A DNA stretch of 64,000 nucleotides, taken from NCBI GenBank assembly GCA_035289645.1, contig DATDWL010000012.1, forward strand, positions 1,818 through 65,817, read 5' to 3'. Origin of the DNA: Candidatus Peribacterales bacterium. Its GTDB lineage: Bacteria > Patescibacteriota > Gracilibacteria > Peribacterales > Peribacteraceae. The notes under the pieces were generated by a model. It saw only the letters and a program-made list of their open reading frames with translations. It ran no database searches and was not told the origin of the DNA. How positions within the stretch are numbered: position 1 is the first letter of the stretch; each line of letters starts with the position of its first letter. A program made the translations under genes and the position numbers. Of the stretch, positions 18,911 through 28,241 are shown one piece after another.

Positions 18911-20140
18911 ATGTCGCTTCACTCACTGATGTTCGGATGGGAATATCCGCCTAAGCACTTAGGAGGACTCGGTGTTGCATGTCAGGGAATCGTACAAGGC
19001 CTTTTGAAACATGGCGCACGAGTGACTCTTGTACTGCCACATGGAGGAATCGATTCGAGTGAAAATCTTGACATCAAATTTCCCACAGAATCGCGCCTCA
19101 AAGAAATGCGAATCAAGAGCATGTTGCAACCGTACGATTCTCCAGCAACATTCAACGAACGACTGGCACAGGAAATCACCAAAAATCCTCGCGCCGATGT
19201 GAACCTCTACGGCAAGGATCTCGGCGAAGCCGTATGGGAATACGAAGAACTCGCCGTAGAACTCACAAAAGAAATTAAGCCCGATGTTGTCCACAGCCAT
19301 GATTGGATGACGCTTGGAGCTGGAAGACGTGCGGCGCGCTACCATCGCGTACCGCTCGTTGCACAGGTTCATGCGACGGAACTCGATCGAACGGACAATA
19401 AACCCAATATGTGGATCTACGAGAAAGAGCAAAAAGGCCTGCATGCCGCAGATCACATCATTGCTGTTAGCAATTACACCAAAGAAATCCTCGTGCGAGA
19501 GTATGGCATACGAGCCTCTAAAATTGATGTCGTCCATAATGGCGCTCCATTCGCTGCAACATCGGAGAATATGGCTCCAAAGTTATCACAAGGAAATACG
19601 AACCATCCCATGGTGCTCTTCATCGGAAGATTAACAGTGCAAAAAGGGCCATTCCACTTTTTAGAAGCAGCTCGAACTGTGCACAACATGAATCCGGATG
19701 TTCGTTTTGTGATGGCGGGCGATGGTTATCTCCTCTCGGAATTGATGGAGAGATCGCTCAGCATGGGACTCCATGATGCAGTGATTTTCGCAGGAAAAGT
19801 ATCAAATCACGAAGCACGAAAATTGTACGAGCATGCATCCTGCTTCGTCATGCCATCGATATCGGAACCGTTCGGCCTTGTTGCACTGGAAGCGATTGCC
19901 CATGGCACACCGGTCATTTTGAGCAAGCAATCAGGTGTGAGGGAAGTAGTGCCACATTCCCTTCTCGTTGATTTCTGGGATACGGAAAAATTAGCTGATT
20001 GCATTCTGACGGTACTCCGCGAAACGCCTCTCGCTCTCCAGTTGCAATCCGAAGCGCCCAGAGTGCTCCAACACCTCACATGGGAAAACCAAGCTGCAAA
20101 AATCCTCTCGGTCTACGACAAAGCCCGTATCAATCTGTGA
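18911..20140 (+). CDS. Glycogen-synthase-like GT-B glycosyltransferase (GT4/GT5)
   Basis: N-terminal EYPPKHLGGLGVACQG resembles the KxGGL motif of glucan synthases. C-terminal PSISEPFGLVALEAIAHGTPVI is the GT-B EX7E region. Confidence 0.8.
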   Translation: MSLHSLMFGWEYPPKHLGGLGVACQGIVQGLLKHGARVTLVLPHGGIDSSENLDIKFPTESRLKEMRIKSMLQPYDSPATFNERLAQEITKNPRADVNLYGKDLGEAVWEYEELAVELTKEIKPDVVHSHDWMTLGAGRRAARYHRVPLVAQVHATELDRTDNKPNMWIYEKEQKGLHAADHIIAVSNYTKEILVREYGIRASKIDVVHNGAPFAATSENMAPKLSQGNTNHPMVLFIGRLTVQKGPFHFLEAARTVHNMNPDVRFVMAGDGYLLSELMERSLSMGLHDAVIFAGKVSNHEARKLYEHASCFVMPSISEPFGLVALEAIAHGTPVILSKQSGVREVVPHSLLVDFWDTEKLADCILTVLRETPLALQLQSEAPRVLQHLTWENQAAKILSVYDKARINL

Positions 20141-20189
20141 GTTTTAAACTCAACAAACATAACAAACTCAATCCCCTTCCCCTCTTCCC

Positions 20190-21467
20190 ATGGATGCCCC
20201 CCTCATCTCCTTCTACTTCCAAGTCCACCAGCCCTATCGTTTGCGTGATCTCCGAATTACGGAAATCGGGCGCGAAGGCATGACGTATTTCGATGAAGAG
20301 AAGAACCGCGCCGTGTTCCGTAAAGTTGCGGAGAAGTGTTACCTGCCCGCGAACCGATTGATGCTCGAGCTCCTCAATCGCCACGAGAACTTCGCCATAT
20401 CGTATTCACTCTCGGGCGTGTTCTTGGAGCAATGCGAAGAGTACGGGGCGGATGTCCTTGATTCATTCCGCGCTCTCGCACGCACCGGAAAAGTGGAGTT
20501 CCTGGCAGAGACGTACTACCATTCGCTCTCGGCGCTATCCTCGATTGAGGAATTCTGTGAGCAGGTGGAAAAACATGTAGCCAAAATCGAAACCTTGTTC
20601 GATCAACGACCAACAATCTTCCGCAATACCGAGCTTGTGTTCAGCAACGAAATTGCAGAAACCGTGAGGCTCCTCGGCTTCCAGGGCATCCTTGCAGAAG
20701 GAGCGGATCATTTGCTCTACGGCAGAACGCCAAATCAACCATACACAATTCCAAAATTCGATCTGCCGGAGGATCGCAAAGCGATCATTCAAAAACACAA
20801 AATTCACCGCAAACCAGTGAATGAAATCTCGGTCCTTTTGAAGAATTACCGTTTGAGCGATGATGTGGCCTTTCGATTTTCCGATCGCTCATGGGTGGGG
20901 TTTCCTCTCCATGCGGATACATTCACAAATTGGCTCACCGCAAGCGGCGGTCATTCGGTGAATTTATACATGGATTACGAAACATTCGGCGAGCACCAGT
21001 GGGAAGATACCGGCATTTTTGAGTTCCTTCGCGCTCTGCCTGCGATGTGGGCCGCATGGAACATAGGCACAGCAACGCCGAGCGCCGTGATTAAAGCATG
21101 GGGCAAGCGCCCGAAGGATATTTTTGATGCGCATGCGCATGTGTCATGGGCGGATATCGAACGTGATCTCTCGGCTTGGCGCGGGAATAGAATTCAGGAA
21201 GCGGCATTCGCCGGCATTTATGGACTCGAAGATGCGGTGAAAAATGCGCACGACGAAGGATTGCTCACGATGTGGCGCAAACTCCAGACCTCCGATCACT
21301 TCTACTACATGTGCACAAAGTACTGGAGCGATGGCGATGTGCATAAATATTTCTCACCGTACGAATCGCCGTACGAAGCGTATAGGCGCTACAGCCATGC
21401 GCTCTGCGACTTGAAGGCTAAGCTTGAAAAAATTCAGACACTCGAAACTATGAAAGTTCAAAAATAA
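20190..21467 (+). CDS. Glycoside hydrolase family 57 (alpha-amylase/glucan-processing)
   Basis: ISFYFQVHQPYRL N-terminal signature and ..MDYETFGEHQWE.. catalytic region typical of GH57. Confidence 0.85.
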   Translation: MDAPLISFYFQVHQPYRLRDLRITEIGREGMTYFDEEKNRAVFRKVAEKCYLPANRLMLELLNRHENFAISYSLSGVFLEQCEEYGADVLDSFRALARTGKVEFLAETYYHSLSALSSIEEFCEQVEKHVAKIETLFDQRPTIFRNTELVFSNEIAETVRLLGFQGILAEGADHLLYGRTPNQPYTIPKFDLPEDRKAIIQKHKIHRKPVNEISVLLKNYRLSDDVAFRFSDRSWVGFPLHADTFTNWLTASGGHSVNLYMDYETFGEHQWEDTGIFEFLRALPAMWAAWNIGTATPSAVIKAWGKRPKDIFDAHAHVSWADIERDLSAWRGNRIQEAAFAGIYGLEDAVKNAHDEGLLTMWRKLQTSDHFYYMCTKYWSDGDVHKYFSPYESPYEAYRRYSHALCDLKAKLEKIQTLETMKVQK

Positions 21468-21487
21468 TTTTCGCATTCCTCCACTCT

Positions 21488-23464
21488 ATGCCACGCTCAC
21501 TCGTCCTCGGTAATGGCCACGTCCTTGCAACATTCGACCAAGATCTTCTGCTCCGCGATCTGTATTACCCGTATGTTGGCGAGGAAGATCATACGACCTA
21601 CGGACACAAGCACCGCATTGGATTTTTTATGGAAGGACATCCCTTTTCGTGGCTGGATGATGGATCGTGGAAAATCGAACCTCGCTACGGCGATGACTCA
21701 CTCATCGGCATTTCGCGGATGACGAATGAAAAATTAGGACTGACAATCGAAGCGCACGATTTCGTCCATAGCGTTAAAAATATCCTCGTGCGCAGATTTC
21801 ATATTCGCTCGCTCCGCACGGAAGTGCGCGTACTGAAGGTGTATTTCCATCACGATCTCCATATTTTTGGCGATAAACAGAAAGACACTGCTTTCTACGA
21901 ACCGGCAACCAACTCTATTATCCATTATCGCAAAAATCGATACTTCCTCGTCGCCGGCCAATCCGGTGAGGATGGCATGACATCGTTTACGACGGGAAAA
22001 AGCGAATACAGGCAGCTCGAAGGTACGTGGCGCGACGCCGAAGACGGCATCCTCAGTAAAAATTCCATCGAGCAGGGCTCGGTGGATTCCACGGTGGAAT
22101 TTCGTTGTACGGTAAAAAATGATGGCGAAGCCATTGTCGAGTACTGGCTTTGCATGGGAACATCACTGAAGGAAGTTCTTAAACTCCACGATTATGTTTT
22201 GGAGGAAACGACGGAACAAATGCAGAGAGGCACGCGGAACTATTGGAAGAGTTGGGTACACAAGAAAAGCAAAACGGGAGAAACAATGGACGCAAAGCTT
22301 GTCGATCTCTTCAAGCGGAGCCTCCTTATTATTCGGACACAGACCGATAATCACGGCGGCATACTCGCGGCAAACGACAGCGATATCATGCGCTTTAACC
22401 GCGATACCTACACCTATGTCTGGCCGCGCGATGGCGCGTTTGTCTCGATCGCCATGGATGAAGCTGGCTATCACGAAATGACACGTCGTTTCTTCCGCTT
22501 CTGCTGCAGCGTGCAAACCGAGGAGGGCTACATGCTCCATAAATATAATCCCGATGGCACGCCCGGTTCTTCGTGGCACCCATGGTGGAAGAACGGAGAG
22601 ATGCAACTCCCGATTCAAGAAGATGAAACTGCGCTGATCTTGCATGCGGTGTGGCATCACTTTTCGCTCTTCAGCGACTTTGAATGGCTGCAGGAGATGT
22701 ACGAATGCTTCGTGAAGAAGGCAGCGGGATTTATGATGAGCTACCGCGAAAAAGGCACGAATCTTCCGCTTTCAAGTTACGATCCATGGGAAGAACATAA
22801 CGGAATCTTCACGTACACATCGGCAACGGTGTATGCGGGGCTCCTCGCTGCAGCGAATATTTCGCAGGCGCTCGGCCATGTGACTCATGCAGAGCGGTAC
22901 CACACGGCAGCGGATGAAATGCGAGAAGCAATTCTGTTCCATTTGTTCGATGAAAAAGCAGGACGGTTCGTGAAGAAGATCCAAAGGCGCGATGGCAAAG
23001 AAGTGGAGCGCGACCTCACGCCGGATGCCAGTATTTTACTCATTTGGAAATTCGGTCTCCTCCCACCCACAGACCCTCGAATGGATTCCACGATGAAACA
23101 ATTGGAATCGGCACTTCGGGTGCGCACAGCCGTTGGTGGATATGCGCGCTATCCGCGGGATTTTTACCAATTTAACTACAAGCACTCCGATGGCGTCCCA
23201 GGCAATCCATGGATTATTACGACGCTCTGGATTGCACAGTGGAAAATAGCGATTGCAAAAAACATGGGAGATTTAAAAGAACCACTCTCACTCCTCCATT
23301 GGGCCGCAAGCAAAGCCACCCCTGCGGGTATTCTGCCGGAGCAGCTTGATCCCCACACAGGAGCGCATCTTTCGGTCGCACCGCTCACGTGGAGCCATGC
23401 GGTGTATGTGGAAACATTCCTCCAGTACGTTGCAAAAGAGGCGGAGTTTAAAGGAGCCGCATGA
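21488..23464 (+). CDS. Glycoside hydrolase family 15 (glucoamylase-like)
   Basis: LGNGHVLATFD.. N-domain. YTYVWPRDGAF, WHPWW, PLSSYDPWEE and ILPEQLDPHTG are the GH15 (alpha/alpha)6 barrel signatures. Confidence 0.88.
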   Translation: MPRSLVLGNGHVLATFDQDLLLRDLYYPYVGEEDHTTYGHKHRIGFFMEGHPFSWLDDGSWKIEPRYGDDSLIGISRMTNEKLGLTIEAHDFVHSVKNILVRRFHIRSLRTEVRVLKVYFHHDLHIFGDKQKDTAFYEPATNSIIHYRKNRYFLVAGQSGEDGMTSFTTGKSEYRQLEGTWRDAEDGILSKNSIEQGSVDSTVEFRCTVKNDGEAIVEYWLCMGTSLKEVLKLHDYVLEETTEQMQRGTRNYWKSWVHKKSKTGETMDAKLVDLFKRSLLIIRTQTDNHGGILAANDSDIMRFNRDTYTYVWPRDGAFVSIAMDEAGYHEMTRRFFRFCCSVQTEEGYMLHKYNPDGTPGSSWHPWWKNGEMQLPIQEDETALILHAVWHHFSLFSDFEWLQEMYECFVKKAAGFMMSYREKGTNLPLSSYDPWEEHNGIFTYTSATVYAGLLAAANISQALGHVTHAERYHTAADEMREAILFHLFDEKAGRFVKKIQRRDGKEVERDLTPDASILLIWKFGLLPPTDPRMDSTMKQLESALRVRTAVGGYARYPRDFYQFNYKHSDGVPGNPWIITTLWIAQWKIAIAKNMGDLKEPLSLLHWAASKATPAGILPEQLDPHTGAHLSVAPLTWSHAVYVETFLQYVAKEAEFKGAA

Positions 23465-23924
23465 TGTATTCCTTCACATTGGAAAAAATTTCCGTTCGAT
23501 CATCGAGCGCTTCGACTTCCGTACGCGTAAACCACCGAATTTCCCGGCCTTCGTTTTCCGAAAGCGTAACCGCCTGCGATTCATCGATGAGTTTCGCATG
23601 GTAGAGAAAATCCATATGTTCGTGCGCTGGCTCACCTCGCTCCTCGCTTGCCGAAATATTTTCGAGCAGCATCGCGATCGGCTTCTTCAGCATTTTTCCT
23701 TCTTGCGGATTCAATTGGAAAAGATCTTCGTATTCATCACCGATGATTTCGATGTCTAATCCTGTTTCTTCTTTACACTCGCGTTTGGCTGCATCCTCCG
23801 GCGTTTCATCAGGATCGATGTGTCCGCCGGGCGGCATCCAACGAGCGAGGCGCTTATGCCACAGGAGGAGCGTCCGTGACTGCGAGTCGATGATGAAGGC
23901 GGTGGCGGTGAAGTGCTTTTTCAT
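23448..23924 (-). CDS. NUDIX hydrolase
   Basis: Nudix box GGHIDPDETPEDAAKRECKEETGL. ATG at 23924 (MKKHFTATAFII) preferred over 24011. Confidence 0.75.
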   Translation of the reverse strand: MKKHFTATAFIIDSQSRTLLLWHKRLARWMPPGGHIDPDETPEDAAKRECKEETGLDIEIIGDEYEDLFQLNPQEGKMLKKPIAMLLENISASEERGEPAHEHMDFLYHAKLIDESQAVTLSENEGREIRWFTRTEVEALDDRTEIFSNVKEYIMRLL

Positions 23925-24102
23925 GGGAAATGTGAGGATAATGATACTGTAGTTTTTTGACAAGAATGAGCCGAAATATCCATTGGATGCATTCTGTAAA
24001 AACCATGTCAAATACCTATGACATACCTAAAATAGGGCACTCTTGTTTTCCAAAAACAAGAGGTGTAGACCGCGCGTGAATTAATCTTTTCCCCACTTCT
24101 CT

Positions 24103-24303
24103 ATGAGTATCATCGCGCAACAGACTAAAGATCTATCTGCTCCACAAATGAGGGTAGATGGCACCCGACCTGAAACTACAGTCAATGGCACGGACAGCAA
24201 TCGTGAAAGTGAGCAAGCGGAGCAAATGCGTATCAGCCTTGAAAAAGAGCTAGCAGATTCACGTGCTCATTTGGGTTCGTCAGTGCTTGGTCTCCATCAT
24301 TAA
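24103..24303 (+). CDS. Hypothetical small protein (doubtful)
   Basis: 66-aa ORF in an otherwise empty gap. No family or signal recognised. Confidence 0.2.
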   Translation: MSIIAQQTKDLSAPQMRVDGTRPETTVNGTDSNRESEQAEQMRISLEKELADSRAHLGSSVLGLHH

Positions 24304-25266
24304 TTATCTCACTCGAAGGACAAGAATCTCCGGCGGTGCAAAAAGTCGCGCGCGCGGTCCTGTCTCCCCCACTCCGCGGGTGATCGCAAGCGTGGTGTTT
24401 TGGTCGATGGCAAAAATTCCCTGATCGTACGAGCGTGAAAGCTCTGTAGGGAGCGATGGAACAGGGCCGATGATCGGTAAACGAATTTGCCCGCCATGCG
24501 TATGGCCGGCAACAATCAGATTTGCATAGGACGATTGGTTTTGGAGAATCACGCTTGGATCATGCGCAATGAGGATGAGAGATGATTTTTGAGTCGTATC
24601 CGGGAGCGCTGATTCAAGATCGTTATGACCAGAGCATTCATCATCAACACCGGCGATAAAGAGCGGACCGCCCTGCTCCAGAACGACCTCGGCGAATGCA
24701 TTACTCAGCACCTTCACACCCGAGCGCTCCAAGGCTCTCCGCACAACCTGCGATCCATCGAACGTTCCATAGAACGTCCTTCCTCCTCCTTTATGGGGAA
24801 TACAATTGTATTCATGGTTTCCAAGAACGCCAAAAACTCCATAGCGTGTGTGGAGATTTTCGAGGGGAGAAAGACGATCGGCGGGATCGGCTCCGTGATA
24901 AATAAAATCTCCGGCAAGTAGAACAAAATCCGGCGAAATCGCATTGACCTTGTCGACGAGTCTCCTCACAAATCGCTCCCCCTTATACGGACCCACATGG
25001 AGATCGCTGAGAACGACAATCGTGAGATCGCTTGCTGTTGGAAGTTTCACCTCTGCCTCGGTGATCGTAATGAGCTGCGGCTCGATGAATGAGCCGTAGA
25101 ACACTGTAAGTGAAATGAGGACACCACACGTTCCAAGCAGCAAGCGCTGCCATAATAGCCATCCCACTGATCGATTCGCCAACCACACGAGTATCACTCC
25201 GCCTCCAATGAGGAGAAGAATAAGAACATCCCAAAACAGAGACACCGTGAGGTACGTCCAAAGCAT
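24304..25266 (-). CDS. Membrane-anchored metallophosphoesterase (calcineurin-like)
   Basis: Two to three N-terminal TM helices. Motifs LSDLHVG, GDFIYHG, GNHEY, GHTHGGQ. Confidence 0.8.
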   Translation of the reverse strand: MLWTYLTVSLFWDVLILLLIGGGVILVWLANRSVGWLLWQRLLLGTCGVLISLTVFYGSFIEPQLITITEAEVKLPTASDLTIVVLSDLHVGPYKGERFVRRLVDKVNAISPDFVLLAGDFIYHGADPADRLSPLENLHTRYGVFGVLGNHEYNCIPHKGGGRTFYGTFDGSQVVRRALERSGVKVLSNAFAEVVLEQGGPLFIAGVDDECSGHNDLESALPDTTQKSSLILIAHDPSVILQNQSSYANLIVAGHTHGGQIRLPIIGPVPSLPTELSRSYDQGIFAIDQNTTLAITRGVGETGPRARLFAPPEILVLRVR

Positions 25267-25293
25267 CGCCCCCTATGGTACACTTGTTCGCGC

Positions 25294-25791
25294 ATGAAAA
25301 AGCACGCAAATTATCAACATTCTAGGGTTGCACTCGCCACAGATCATGCGGGATATACACTGAAAGAGATACTGAAGAAACACATGGTGGAGAATGGCAT
25401 CGATGTCGTCGATGTTGGAACATTCAGCGAGGAATCCATCGATTATCCGATCATCGCAAAAAAAATCGCCGAGGTGATGCTGGGGGAAAAGATTCCGGGA
25501 GTGTTTCTTGGCGGTTCTGGTCTTGGCGAATGTATTGCGGGCAACAAAATCTCTGGCGTCAGAGCGGTTCGCTGTACGAGTGCGGAAGATGCCATCATGG
25601 GGAGAAGACACAATGATGCCAATATGCTGAATCTGGGCGGCCGGATGATCAAAGGAACGGATGCGAAAAAGATTCTCGATGCATTTCTCGTCACGCCATT
25701 CGATGGCGATCCCTCTTCTAAAGAAGAGGGCGAACGCCATGTGCGGAGAATAAAGGAACTCCACGAGATGGATGGATATCCGTACCCATAA
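25294..25791 (+). CDS. rpiB: Ribose-5-phosphate isomerase B
   Basis: RVALATDHAGYTLKE.. and GSGLGECIAGNK.. are typical RpiB/LacAB. Confidence 0.88.
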   Translation: MKKHANYQHSRVALATDHAGYTLKEILKKHMVENGIDVVDVGTFSEESIDYPIIAKKIAEVMLGEKIPGVFLGGSGLGECIAGNKISGVRAVRCTSAEDAIMGRRHNDANMLNLGGRMIKGTDAKKILDAFLVTPFDGDPSSKEEGERHVRRIKELHEMDGYPYP

Positions 25792-25796
25792 TTGCA

Positions 25797-26429
25797 ATGT
25801 TTAAACTCATCATTACTCCCTCCATTCTCTCTGCAGATTTTTCCCGCCTGCAAGAGGAAGTAGATTCCGTAGCTCCCTATGCGGATTGGCTGCAGGTGGA
25901 TGTGATGGATGGCCATTTTGTGCCGAATTTGAGCTTTGGGGCGCCGGTGATGAAGGCAATCAAAACCACTCTTCCGCTCGATGTGCATCTGATGGTGAGC
26001 AACCCCTCCGATCGCATTGATGAATTTGTGGAAGCGGGTGCAACGCACATCACATTCCATGCGGAAGCCGTACCAGTGAGAAGTGATCAAGAACAGTTAA
26101 TTGCAAGGATCCGAGGAAAGGGCTGCACCGCAGGCATTGCAGTGAATCCGGAGACATCGCTTGATGCTATTCAAACGATGGACATCGATCTTGTTCTTTG
26201 CATGACCGTGCATCCGGGGTTCGGCGGACAAGGATTCATCGAAAGCGTCATCGCAAAAATCAAAGACCTCCACTTGCAGCATCCTGACGTCATGATCCAA
26301 GTAGATGGTGGCATCACGGCAGAAACCGGCAAACGCTGCCGCGAGGCGGGTGCGAATAATTTGGTTGCGGGGAGTTATATTTTTAAAAGTAAGGATCGGA
26401 AAAAGGCCATTGAGTCCCTCAGAAAATAG
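25797..26429 (+). CDS. rpe: Ribulose-phosphate 3-epimerase
   Basis: PSILSADFSRLQEEV..LQVDVMDGHFVPNLSFG..MTVHPGFGGQ.. canonical Rpe motifs. Confidence 0.9.
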   Translation: MFKLIITPSILSADFSRLQEEVDSVAPYADWLQVDVMDGHFVPNLSFGAPVMKAIKTTLPLDVHLMVSNPSDRIDEFVEAGATHITFHAEAVPVRSDQEQLIARIRGKGCTAGIAVNPETSLDAIQTMDIDLVLCMTVHPGFGGQGFIESVIAKIKDLHLQHPDVMIQVDGGITAETGKRCREAGANNLVAGSYIFKSKDRKKAIESLRK

Positions 26430-26456
26430 CCGCTCCTGATCTGCTACACTCTGCCC

Positions 26457-27173
26457 ATGCTCTCCCTGAAGAATATTTCATGGAAGGATGGCACGAAAAT
26501 CCTCATCGAAGACCTTACATGCGATATTGCCCCCTGCGAATGCGTCGCCATCGATCTTCCTGATGATCATGCGATAAAAATATTGGTCCAGCTCCTCATG
26601 GGGGAAAAAACATTGCAAACAGGCGGCATTTTTATCGACGGCATTCCGCTCGGGAAACTGACACCAAGGCTGCTCCAATTCTACCGGCGCAGTATTGGCA
26701 TCGTGCTCCCCACGGAAGAATTGTTGATGGATCGCTCCGTAGCGGAAAATATAGCGCTACCACTCCGCGCGCGCGGTATGAGCACAAGAAACAAACATGA
26801 GAAAATAGAAACAATTCTCGCCAAGATTGATCTGCAGGGAAAGGAGTCGATGCTGCTTCGTCATCTTTCGCACGCCGAACAGAGGTGTGTCGCCTTCGCC
26901 GTTGCGCTCGTCGCTGATCCTCAAATTCTGTACATCGAAGACATTGGGAATGATTCCTCCGATGCAGAAACACAGGCCATGATAGATACGTTGCTCCAGG
27001 AAGCCATGAATCGGGAAACATCCATTATTATCGCCACCCGCACGAGTGATCGCTTTGCCTCACTCCGCCCGCGCGTCATTTCGCGGAGGGGAGAGACAAA
27101 GACATCGGAAAAATTAGGAGAAACCCACTGGAAAACTGCCGAAAGAACACGCATCATTCCGACTGCCTTATGA
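26457..27173 (+). CDS. FtsE-like ABC ATPase homologue with degenerate catalytic motifs
   Basis: Collinear with FtsE (LLMDRSVAENIALPL vs E. coli LLMDRTVYDNVAIPL). Walker A position reads DLPDDHAIK, signature reads LSHAEQ, Walker B region reads ILYIEDIG, H-loop reads ATRT. Confidence 0.6.
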   Translation: MLSLKNISWKDGTKILIEDLTCDIAPCECVAIDLPDDHAIKILVQLLMGEKTLQTGGIFIDGIPLGKLTPRLLQFYRRSIGIVLPTEELLMDRSVAENIALPLRARGMSTRNKHEKIETILAKIDLQGKESMLLRHLSHAEQRCVAFAVALVADPQILYIEDIGNDSSDAETQAMIDTLLQEAMNRETSIIIATRTSDRFASLRPRVISRRGETKTSEKLGETHWKTAERTRIIPTAL

Positions 27174-28210
27174 CTTTGCCTCTGCCAAACTCCGGCACCG
27201 ATTACGCCGCTGCAGGAGTTGATATTGCACGGGGGGACGAAGCCGTACGACGGCTGAAAAAGCATGTGGAGAGCACATTCAACAAGAATGTTCTCAGAGG
27301 TGTTGGTGCATTTGCCGGAGCTCTGGATGCTGAAGAACTCAAACGTATGGATGAACCCGTGCTGCTTGCAAGTACCGATGGCGTCGGTACAAAGACGATG
27401 ATCGCGGAGCGCGCGGGAAAATGGGAAGGAATCGGCCACGATATTGTGAACCATGGCGCGAATGATCTTGTCTGCCAAGGAGGACGCGCGATCCTCTTCC
27501 TCGATTACATCGCCGCAAGCCATCTTGATCCAGCAGTAGTAGAGATTCTCGTGAAAAGCATGAGTGATGCCTGCAGAGCAATCGGCTGCGTCCTCATCGG
27601 CGGCGAAACAGCCGAGATGCCAAAAGTGTATTCGGAGGGCGCCTACGATGTCGCAGGAACAATCATTGGCATTACCGAGCGGAGTGCCATGATTTCTGGT
27701 GGGATGATGGAGGAAGGTGATGTTCTCATCGCGCTCCCGAGCAACGGCTTGCATACAAACGGATACTCGCTGGCACGGAAGGTACTCCTTGATGATGCGA
27801 AAATGGATTTGAATGCGATGAATGCGGAGCTCGGTGAATCCGTCGCCGATGCACTCTTAAAACCACACACTCTCTATGCGCCAATTGTGCTCGCGCTCCA
27901 CAAAGAATTCGGCCTCAATGGCGTTGCGCATATTACAGGCGGAGGCATTGCGGGGAATTTGATTCGCATTATTCCGGAAAGCCTCGGTGCCAGAATCGAA
28001 AAAAAGTTGATCCGGAGACTCCCGATCTTCAATCTCATTCAAACAAAAGGAAATGTAAGTGAGGAAGCGATGTTCGAAGCGATGAATATGGGTGTCGGAA
28101 TGATTCTCGTCTGCAAACGGGAGCAGCAGAAAAAGGTGCTTTCTCTAGCACCCGGAGCGTATATGATAGGGAAAATTGTCGATGAAAGTGGTGTTTCTCT
28201 TATTAATTGA
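27170..28210 (+). CDS. purM: Phosphoribosylformylglycinamidine cyclo-ligase (AIR synthetase)
   Basis: DYAAAGVDI.., LLASTDGVGTK, GHDIVNHGANDL and GGETAEMP are the PurM signatures. The start overlaps the upstream stop (ATGA). Confidence 0.88.
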   Translation: MTLPLPNSGTDYAAAGVDIARGDEAVRRLKKHVESTFNKNVLRGVGAFAGALDAEELKRMDEPVLLASTDGVGTKTMIAERAGKWEGIGHDIVNHGANDLVCQGGRAILFLDYIAASHLDPAVVEILVKSMSDACRAIGCVLIGGETAEMPKVYSEGAYDVAGTIIGITERSAMISGGMMEEGDVLIALPSNGLHTNGYSLARKVLLDDAKMDLNAMNAELGESVADALLKPHTLYAPIVLALHKEFGLNGVAHITGGGIAGNLIRIIPESLGARIEKKLIRRLPIFNLIQTKGNVSEEAMFEAMNMGVGMILVCKREQQKKVLSLAPGAYMIGKIVDESGVSLIN

Positions 28211-28241
28211 CACAAAAGTAGTATTATTGTTAAATAATTTC

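Noticed and set aside
24039-24061. Perfect 10-bp hairpin CTCTTGTTTT-CCA-AAAACAAGAG between the NUDIX gene and the small ORF at 24103.
   Set aside because: It lies upstream of both flanking genes, so it is not a terminator for either. It is a single copy with no recognisable motif. Noted, but there is no basis for a functional call.
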